The notes under the pieces were generated by a model. It was not told the DNA's origin, did no database searches, and saw only the letters and a list, made by a program, of their open reading frames with translations. This document shows positions 7,554 through 13,859 of a stretch of DNA of 13,859 bases, piece by piece. Position numbers and translations under genes: made by a program. Within the stretch, counting starts at the first letter, position 1. Every line of letters starts with the position of its first letter. Source of the DNA: a virus (Duplodnaviria; Heunggongvirae; Uroviricota; Caudoviricetes); the IMG/VR virus record IMGVR_UViG_2690315992_000015, positions 1-13,859 of that record; one strand, written 5' to 3'.

Positions 7554-9116
7554 TTGCTGGTCAAAACCGGAGCGCAGAACACCTTCAGCAGCCTGGGCGA
7601 AACGCTGCGCCAGCCGCTGATGGATATTCTGTACACGGTGAAAAGCGTCACGGGGGCGTTGCGTCGCTGGGTGGAAGCTAACCCGGAACTGACAGGCACA
7701 CTGATGAAAGCATCGGCTGTTGTGGCTGCGGTTACCGTCGGCCTCGGCACCTTAGCGGTGGCGCTGGCTGCAGTGCTGGGGCCGCTGGCAGTGATCCGTC
7801 TGGGATTCTCTGTGTTGGGTATCAAAACGTTATCTTCCGTTACGGCAGCAGTAACTCGAACCAGCAGCGCGTTGTCCTGGCTGGCTGGCGCACCACTGGC
7901 ACTGCTGCGACGCGGGCTTGCTTCATCGGGCAACGCCGCAGGTTTACTTACTGCGCCGTTGTCGTCTTTGCGCCGCACGGCATCACTGACGGGAAATGTC
8001 CTGAAAACTGTAGCAGGTGCGCCGGTTGCACTTTTGCGGTCTGGATTATCCGGTTTACGTGCGGTTGCTGTGATGTTTATGAATCCACTGGCAGCACTAC
8101 GCGGCGGGCTGGCTGCCGCAGGCACGGTGCTGCGAGTACTGGCATCTGGTCCACTGGCGATGTTGCGCGTTGCCCTGTATGCCGTATCTGGTCTGTTAGG
8201 TGCTCTGCTCAGTCCGATAGGTCTTGTGGTTACTGCACTGGCGGGTGTGGCACTGGTTGTCTGGAAATACTGGCAACCCATCACCGCATTTCTCGGTGGC
8301 GTGGTGGAAGGATTCAAAGCGGCGGCAGGTCCCATCAGTGCAGCGTTCGAACCGCTTAAGCCTGTGTTCCAGTGGATTGGTGACAAAGTGCAGGCGCTGT
8401 GGGGCTGGTTTACTGATCTGCTGACGCCCGTTAAGTCGACTTCTGCCGAACTGCAGAGCGCAGCGGCAATGGGGCGACGATTCGGGGAGGCACTGGCGGA
8501 AGGGCTGAATATGGTTATGCATCCGCTGGACTCCCTGAAATCTGGCGTTTCCTGGTTGCTGGATAAACTCGGCATTGTCAGTAAAGAGGCTGCAAAGGCG
8601 AAACTGCCGGAAAGCGTGACGCGTCAGCAACCTGCGACGGTGAATGCAGACGGTAAAGTGATGATGCCATCGGGTGGTTTTCCGTCATGGGGATATGGCT
8701 TTGCGGGGATGTATGACAGCGGCGGCTATATCCCGCGCGGGCAGTTTGGCATCGTCGGTGAAAACGGGCCGGAAATTGTTAACGGCCCGGCAAATGTGAC
8801 CAGCCGGAGAAATACAGCTGCACTGGCTGCCGTTGTTGCCGGAATGATGGGCGTTGCTGCCGCGCCTGCAGAGCTTCCACCGTTGCACCCTTTGGCACTT
8901 CCCGCGAAAGGCGGCGAAGCGATGGTGAGTCGTGCAGCCACTGTGCCGCCCGTTCAACGGATTGAGGCACCGATGCAGATCATCATTCAGACGCAGCCAG
9001 GACAAAGTGCGCAGGATATTGCGCGGGAGGTGGCCCGCCAGCTTGATGAACGTGAACGTAGGCTGAAGGCAAAAGCCAGGAGTAACTACAGCGATCAGGG
9101 GGGATACGACGCATGA
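7554..9116 (+). CDS. T: tail tape measure protein, C-terminal 520 codons (same frame as 6039-7553)
   Basis: Same reading frame as the upstream segment (6039 and 7554 are both multiples of 3). Contains the hydrophobic repeat region and C-terminal part of a tape measure protein; the stop overlaps the U start (ATGA). The two segments together give about 1025 codons, a plausible size for a P2-family tape measure protein. Confidence 0.75.
   Translation: MLVKTGAQNTFSSLGETLRQPLMDILYTVKSVTGALRRWVEANPELTGTLMKASAVVAAVTVGLGTLAVALAAVLGPLAVIRLGFSVLGIKTLSSVTAAVTRTSSALSWLAGAPLALLRRGLASSGNAAGLLTAPLSSLRRTASLTGNVLKTVAGAPVALLRSGLSGLRAVAVMFMNPLAALRGGLAAAGTVLRVLASGPLAMLRVALYAVSGLLGALLSPIGLVVTALAGVALVVWKYWQPITAFLGGVVEGFKAAAGPISAAFEPLKPVFQWIGDKVQALWGWFTDLLTPVKSTSAELQSAAAMGRRFGEALAEGLNMVMHPLDSLKSGVSWLLDKLGIVSKEAAKAKLPESVTRQQPATVNADGKVMMPSGGFPSWGYGFAGMYDSGGYIPRGQFGIVGENGPEIVNGPANVTSRRNTAALAAVVAGMMGVAAAPAELPPLHPLALPAKGGEAMVSRAATVPPVQRIEAPMQIIIQTQPGQSAQDIAREVARQLDERERRLKAKARSNYSDQGGYDA
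7779..8177 (+). repeat. degenerate tandem repeats (about 66 bp / 22 aa period) inside the tape measure gene
   Basis: Recurring peptide motif GPLAVIRLGF / APLALLRRGL / APLSSLRRTA / APVALLRSGL / NPLAALRGGL / GPLAMLRVAL at roughly 22-aa spacing; the corresponding DNA motif CCACTGGC...CTGCG..G recurs. Confidence 0.5.
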
Positions 9117-9598
9117 TGATGGTGCTGGGATTGTACGTGTTTATGCTGCGCACCGTGCCGTATCAGGAGCTGCAGTATCAACGCAGCTGGCGACATGCGG
9201 CAAACAGCCGGGTAAACCGACGTCCGTCCACGCAGTTTCTGGGACCGGACAACGACATGCTGACGCTTTCCGGTGTTCTTATGCCGGAGATAACAGGTGG
9301 CAGGCTGTCGTTGCTGGCACTGGAGCAGATGGCAGAACAGGGGAAAGCATGGCCCCTGATTGAAGGCAGCGGCACGATTTATGGCATGTATGTGATTGAG
9401 GGACTGAATCAGACTAAAACGGAGTTTTTCCGCGACGGTATGCCGCGCCGGATTGAGTTCACCCTGTCGCTCAAACGGGTGGATGAATCCCTGTCCGATA
9501 TGTTCGGTGATCTCAGTGCGCAACTGAATAATCTGCAGGAAACGGCAACGTCTGCCTTAAGCGATATCAGTAAAACGGTGGGAGGGCTGCTGTCGTGA
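9113..9598 (+). CDS. U: tail protein (P2 gpU-like)
   Basis: 161-aa ORF with a GGGGGGA RBS; start overlaps the T stop. Motifs QFLGPDNDMLTLSGVL and WPLIEGSGTIYGMYVIEGL match the recalled P2 gpU pattern. Confidence 0.88.
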   Translation: MMMVLGLYVFMLRTVPYQELQYQRSWRHAANSRVNRRPSTQFLGPDNDMLTLSGVLMPEITGGRLSLLALEQMAEQGKAWPLIEGSGTIYGMYVIEGLNQTKTEFFRDGMPRRIEFTLSLKRVDESLSDMFGDLSAQLNNLQETATSALSDISKTVGGLLS

Positions 9599-10695
9599 AT
9601 TTCAGCTCTGAACTGCTTAACAAAAGCAACAAAACTCCGGCATTCAGCATCAGTATTGAGGGTAGGGATATCACCACTGTGCTGGATAACCGCCTGATGA
9701 GTCTGACTCTGACGGACAATCGGGGCTTTGAAGCAGACCAGCTTGATCTGGAGCTGGACGATGCCGACGGGAAAATCGTGCTGCCGCGCCGTGGTGCGGT
9801 CATTACGCTGGCGCTGGGCTGGAAGGGGCAGCCGCTTTTCCCGAAAGGGGCATTCACGGTGGACGAGATTGAACACACTGGCGCACCGGACCGCCTGACT
9901 ATCCGGGCGCGAAGTGCTGATTTTCGGGAAACGCTGAATACCCGCCGTGAAAAATCGTGGCACAAGACCACCATTGGGGAAGTGGTGAAGGAGATAGCCG
10001 CGCGGCACAAGCTGAAGATGGTACTGGGTAAAGACCTGTCGGATAAGCTCGTGGAGCATATAGACCAGACTAATGAGAGTGACGGTAGTTTTCTGATGCG
10101 GCTGGCGCGACAGTACGGTGCCATCGCGTCGGTGAAAAATGGCAATCTGTTATTCATCCGGCAGGGGCAGGGCAAAAGCGCCACTGGTAAACCACTGCCA
10201 GTGATCACTATCACACGCAAGGACGGCGACAGTCACCGCTTTACCCTGGCAGATCGCGGAGCCTACACGGGCGTAATTGCCAGCTGGTTGCATACCCGCG
10301 AACCTGCGAAGAAAGAAAGCACCACGGTGAAGCGTAAGCGCAGAACTAAGAAGCAGAAGAAAGAGCCGGAAGCGAAGCAGGGCGATTACCTGGTGGGTAC
10401 GGATGAAAACGTGCTGGTACTTAATCGCACTTATGCCAACCGGAGCAACGCTGAACGGGCAGCGAAAATGCAGTGGGAACGCCTGCAACGCGGCGTTGCG
10501 TCATTCTCGCTACAACTGGCGGAAGGGCGGGCAGATCTTTACACGGAAATGCCAGTGAAAGTTAGTGGCTTTAAACAACCGATAGATGATGCGGAATGGA
10601 CCATTACGACTCTGACGCATACCGTCAGCCCCGATAACGGTTTTACAACCAGTCTGGAGCTTGAAGTGAGGATTGATGATTTCGAAATGGAATGA
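9595..10695 (+). CDS. D: tail protein D (P2 gpD-like)
   Basis: 366-aa ORF with a GTG start overlapping the U stop (GTGA); last gene of the tail operon before ogr, as in P2. Confidence 0.88.
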   Translation: MNFSSELLNKSNKTPAFSISIEGRDITTVLDNRLMSLTLTDNRGFEADQLDLELDDADGKIVLPRRGAVITLALGWKGQPLFPKGAFTVDEIEHTGAPDRLTIRARSADFRETLNTRREKSWHKTTIGEVVKEIAARHKLKMVLGKDLSDKLVEHIDQTNESDGSFLMRLARQYGAIASVKNGNLLFIRQGQGKSATGKPLPVITITRKDGDSHRFTLADRGAYTGVIASWLHTREPAKKESTTVKRKRRTKKQKKEPEAKQGDYLVGTDENVLVLNRTYANRSNAERAAKMQWERLQRGVASFSLQLAEGRADLYTEMPVKVSGFKQPIDDAEWTITTLTHTVSPDNGFTTSLELEVRIDDFEME

Positions 10696-10785
10696 TTCTT
10701 CGCAATGGAGAACTTTTAAGTTTGCAAAATGGAATAATGCGGTATCATTATTGTGAATTTAGCAAAAATGGGGAGAACTCGAAAA

Positions 10786-11004
10786 ATGATGATTTGCCCA
10801 CTGTGTGGAAGTGCCGCCCATACTCGCAGCAGTTTTCAGGTATCTTCATTGACCAAAGAGCGTTACAACCAGTGCCAGAATATTAACTGCAGCCATACTT
10901 TTGTAACCCATGAAACTTTTGTTCGTTCGATTGCAACGCCAAAAGAGTCAAATCCGGTTCAGCCGCATCCAATGAAATCAGGACAGGTGGCGCTCTCTCT
11001 TTGA
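10786..11004 (+). CDS. ogr: Ogr/Delta-family zinc-finger late transcription activator
   Basis: 72-aa product MMICPLCGSAAHTRSS...CQNINCSHTF with the C-x2-C...C-x4-C arrangement of P2 Ogr. GGGGAGA lies 9 nt upstream of the ATG at 10786; the track's 10753 start is probably an over-extension. Confidence 0.9.
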   Translation: MMICPLCGSAAHTRSSFQVSSLTKERYNQCQNINCSHTFVTHETFVRSIATPKESNPVQPHPMKSGQVALSL

Positions 11005-11084
11005 CGCTGCCGCCATTTTGTCGCCATCGTTAAAAAACAGTGCTTCTAACGTCATGATTTTAAACGGCATAAATTTCAGGCAAC

Positions 11085-11127
11085 AAAAAACCCATCAACC
11101 TTGAACCGAAATGGCGGGGTTGATGGG
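11085..11127 (-). terminator. rho-independent terminator of ybjL
   Basis: Stem CCCATCAACC / GGTTGATGGG (10 bp), followed on the minus strand by a TTTTTT run (plus-strand AAAAAA at 11085-11090); lies 110-150 bp downstream of the ybjL stop. Confidence 0.55.
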
Positions 11128-11239
11128 CTCCACAAAATGGGGACATCAAAGAAAAGCAGTGGCACTAATTAAGACTGATGCCCTGCGGAAAAGTTCTGCG
11201 GTTGTGCAAAAAAATTTCATTTTCAGGGCAACTTCAGTT

Positions 11240-12925
11240 TTATCCTAATCCTGGCCATACCATGACGATGATTGTCCCTGCCAGCGTCAGCAGGACGTTG
11301 GCGATTGCGTAGGTGCCCGCATAGCCCAGCGCAGGGATGTTACTGCGAGCTGTATCACTGATGATCTCCATTGCCGGCGCGCAGGTGCGTGCGCCCATCA
11401 TTGCGCCGAACAACAGTGCGCGGTTCATTCGCAATACATAAGCACCGAACAAGAAACAGATAACCACGGGCACAAGACTGACAATTAATCCGGCAATCAA
11501 CATCTGACCGCCAATCGCGCCCAGGCCGTTATTAATACCGCTACCGGCGCTCAGACCAACGCCTGCCATAAACACCATCAAGCCGAACTCTTTCACCATG
11601 CTTAATGCACCTTGCGGAATGTAACCGAAGGTCGGGTGGTTAGCACGCATAAAGCCCAGCATAATTCCGGCGAATAACAACCCGGCAGCGTTCCCCATGC
11701 CGAAACTGAATGTGCTGAACTGGAAGGTGATCATCCCGATCATCAGCCCAATAACAAAGAAGGCGCAGAATGCCAGCAGGTCAGTGACCTGGCTGTGAAT
11801 CGAGATAAAGCCGATGCGATCGGCGATGGTTTTTACGCGGCGGGCATCGCCGCTGACTTGTAAAACGTCACCTTTGTTAAGCACGACGTTGTCATCTATC
11901 GGCATCTCAATCTGGCTACGAATGACGCGGTTAAGGAAGCAACCGTGATCGGTCAACTTCAGTTGTGCGAGACGTTTACCTACAGCGTTATGGTTTTTAA
12001 CGACCACTTCTTCAGTGACGATACGCATGTCGAGAAGGTCACGATCGAAAACTTCTTTACCGTTACGGAAGCTGGGATCGAGTCGGGCATGGGCGTCGGG
12101 ATAGCCTACCAACGCTATTTCATCGCCCATTTGTAGCACGGCATCACCGTCTGGATTTGCCAGAATCCCGTTACGTCGAATACGTTCAATGTAGCAGCCG
12201 GTTTGTCGATAAATACCCAGTTCACGCAGATTTTTGCCGTCGGTCCAGGCCACCAGCTCCGGGCCGACGCGATAGGCGCGGATCACCGGTAAATAAACCT
12301 TACGGTTGGCATCAGTGTCCAGGCCACGTTCGCGGGCGATTTGCTGGGCGCTGGTCTGTAAGTCCTGATGCTGCAATTTCGGCAAGTAACGCGCACCAAC
12401 AATCAAACTCACCAGACCGATTAAATAGGTTAAGGCATACCCGAGGCTCAGATTATCCAGTGCCAGTGAGAGCTGCCTGCTTTCCATGCCGAAATGACGC
12501 AGTGTATCGCCAGCACCGACCAGCACCGGTGTCGACGTCATAGAGCCTGCTAACATACCGGCCGTCAGGCCAATATCCCAGCCAAACAGCTTACCTAACC
12601 CTAAGGCGATCACCAGCGCACTGCCAACCATCACCAGTGCTAACATTAGGTAATTTTTCCCATCGCGAAAAAAAATGGAAAAAAAGTTCGGTCCGGCTTC
12701 GACCCCGACGCAGAAAATAAACAGCATAAAGCCAAGATTAAGCGCATCGGTGTTAATGCTGAAATGTTGTTGGCCTAATAACAGCGATACGACTAAAACG
12801 CCAATGGAATTACCCAGTTGGATCGAACCAAGTCGTAACTTTCCGAGACATAGCCCAAGCGCGAGGACCACAAATAATAACAGAATGTAATTCCCATTTA
12901 ACAATTCGGCGACGTTTATATTCAC
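11240..12925 (-). CDS. ybjL: AAE-family putative transporter YbjL (two transmembrane domains flanking TrkA-C-type cytoplasmic domains)
   Basis: 561-aa minus-strand ORF recognised as E. coli YbjL by sequence and by the flanking ybjM and grxA. GTG start at 12923-12925. Confidence 0.93.
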   Translation of the reverse strand: MNINVAELLNGNYILLLFVVLALGLCLGKLRLGSIQLGNSIGVLVVSLLLGQQHFSINTDALNLGFMLFIFCVGVEAGPNFFSIFFRDGKNYLMLALVMVGSALVIALGLGKLFGWDIGLTAGMLAGSMTSTPVLVGAGDTLRHFGMESRQLSLALDNLSLGYALTYLIGLVSLIVGARYLPKLQHQDLQTSAQQIARERGLDTDANRKVYLPVIRAYRVGPELVAWTDGKNLRELGIYRQTGCYIERIRRNGILANPDGDAVLQMGDEIALVGYPDAHARLDPSFRNGKEVFDRDLLDMRIVTEEVVVKNHNAVGKRLAQLKLTDHGCFLNRVIRSQIEMPIDDNVVLNKGDVLQVSGDARRVKTIADRIGFISIHSQVTDLLAFCAFFVIGLMIGMITFQFSTFSFGMGNAAGLLFAGIMLGFMRANHPTFGYIPQGALSMVKEFGLMVFMAGVGLSAGSGINNGLGAIGGQMLIAGLIVSLVPVVICFLFGAYVLRMNRALLFGAMMGARTCAPAMEIISDTARSNIPALGYAGTYAIANVLLTLAGTIIVMVWPGLG

Positions 12926-13194
12926 GGAGGCTAACTTCTTGTTTACTAGTAAGCTGTTGAAAGAAATGGTAATTTACGATAATGTTTTTTACCAGGATTC
13001 AGGGCGCAGATTCATTCAGCGCACCTAAACGATAGTAAAGTAACAATATATTTTACTAGTGTAATCACATTAGGTATCAACGGCTATATGAATTGCGTTG
13101 GCCTATATTAGCATGGAATGCGAAGCGGCTTTATCTTACTGAACGCCACACTGGCGAAAAATGTGTTCGATAGACGCAGTGTCAGGAGGAACGA

Positions 13195-13572
13195 GTGAAA
13201 CATAAACAACGTTGGGCGGGGGCAATCTGCTGTTTTGTCCTCTTCATTGTGGTGTGCCTTTTTCTGGCGACGCACATGAAAGGCGCTTTTCGGGCTGCCG
13301 GGCATCCTGAAATCGGCTTGCTATTTTTCATTCTTCCTGGAGCAGTTGCCAGTTTCTTTTCACAGCGTAGAGAAGTCCTGAAACCTCTATTTGGCGCAAT
13401 GCTGGCGGCACCCTGTTCAATGCTCATTATGCGGCTGTTTTTTTCACCGACGCGCTCATTCTGGCAAGAGCTGGCATGGTTACTAAGCGCGGTGTTCTGG
13501 TGTGCGCTGGGGGCACTGTGTTTCTTATTTATCAGTAGTTTGTTTAAACCACAGCACAGAAAAAATCAGTAA
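13195..13572 (+). CDS. ybjM: inner-membrane protein YbjM
   Basis: 125-aa hydrophobic ORF with a GTG start preceded by AGGAGG (13184-13189); conserved neighbour between ybjL and grxA. Confidence 0.85.
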   Translation: MKHKQRWAGAICCFVLFIVVCLFLATHMKGAFRAAGHPEIGLLFFILPGAVASFFSQRREVLKPLFGAMLAAPCSMLIMRLFFSPTRSFWQELAWLLSAVFWCALGALCFLFISSLFKPQHRKNQ

Positions 13573-13591
13573 AGCCCTCAACGCGAGGGCT
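13573..13591 (-). terminator. stem-loop between convergent ybjM and grxA (AGCCCTC-aacgc-GAGGGCT); likely grxA terminator
   Basis: Perfect 7-bp stem; on the minus strand it is followed by the T-rich TTTACTGATTTTTT. Confidence 0.45.
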
Positions 13592-13601
13592 TGTCAGACG
13601 A

Positions 13602-13859
13602 TCAGGCGTCCAGATTTTCTTTCACCCATGCAGCAAAATCGGTATAGCCGCCGATATGTTGCTGATCGACAAAAATCTGCGGCACGGTTTCTACGGGTTT
13701 ACCTGCCTTTTGTTGTAGATCTTCTTTAGTGATCCCTTCCGCACGAATATCTACATACTGATACTGAAAATCATCGCGTTCATTGCTCAATTTCTCAGCC
13801 AGATCTTTTGCACGCACACAGTAAGGGCAACCCGAACGACCAAAAATAACGGTTTGCAT
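13602..13859 (-). CDS. grxA: glutaredoxin 1
   Basis: 85-aa product with the CPYC active site (MQTVIFGRSGCPYCVRAKDLAEKL...), recognised as E. coli GrxA. The start codon is the last three bases of the window, so the promoter is outside it. Confidence 0.95.
   Translation of the reverse strand: MQTVIFGRSGCPYCVRAKDLAEKLSNERDDFQYQYVDIRAEGITKEDLQQKAGKPVETVPQIFVDQQHIGGYTDFAAWVKENLDA

Larger units (their letters stand above)
2607..11084 (+). mobile_element. P2-family prophage, right arm (tail-fibre inversion module, FI-FII-E-T-U-D tail operon, ogr); left side cut by the assembly gap
   Basis: Gene order, sizes, overlapping start/stop couplings, E/E' frameshift site and terminal ogr all match the P2 right arm. 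The right boundary must lie between the ogr stop (11004) and the ybjL terminator (about 11085). Confidence 0.8.

Noticed and set aside
7466-8575. 369-aa minus-strand ORF (and others at 6277-6711, 6972-7447, 8196-8630, 8685-9005) antisense to the tape measure gene
   Set aside because: Shadow ORFs in GC-rich coding DNA; Pro/Ser/Arg/Ala-rich low-complexity translations, no RBS, fully inside a well-supported sense gene.
9095-10488. Minus-strand ORFs of 112-217 aa overlapping U and D
   Set aside because: Antisense shadow ORFs; the sense-strand genes have coupled starts and recognisable homology.
10692-10886. 64-aa ORF overlapping the D stop and the ogr start
   Set aside because: Out of frame with ogr and overlapping its RBS and start; the Ogr zinc-finger frame is clearly the real one.
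11945-12890. Plus-strand ORFs inside ybjL, and 13108-13427 minus-strand ORFs opposite ybjM and its promoter
   Set aside because: Antisense or out-of-frame within conserved host genes; no RBS.
1-13859. CRISPR arrays, tRNA or rRNA genes, IS elements
   Set aside because: No regularly spaced direct repeats, no cloverleaf-like tRNA candidates and no transposase-like ORFs were found on either strand.

Overview
Enterobacterial (E. coli-like) chromosomal window in three parts. (1) 1-2592: the distal end of a yeh-type operon on the minus strand, with a SWIM zinc-finger protein (yehQ-like) and a DUF1307 lipoprotein (yehR-like). (2) 2593-2606: a run of 14 N, i.e. an assembly/scaffold gap. (3) 2607 to about 11080: the right arm of a P2-family prophage, followed by host genes ybjL (-), ybjM (+) and grxA (-). 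The prophage part holds an inverted tail-fibre C-terminal cassette, a Pin/Gin/Hin-type DNA invertase with a hix/gix-like crossover site, the tail operon FI-FII-E(E')-T-U-D and ogr. Most notable: the tape-measure gene T is split by one in-frame TGA; the E/E' slippery heptamer TTTTTTG is intact; a TGT-N12-ACA Ogr-type site lies upstream of FI; and the gap cuts through the invertible tail-fibre region and joins loci that are far apart in E. coli K-12. No rRNA, tRNA or CRISPR array was seen. I do not see a convincing new multi-gene system such as a defence island; the P2 cargo position between tail fibre and FI holds only the invertase. All homology statements are from memory of these protein families, not from a database search.
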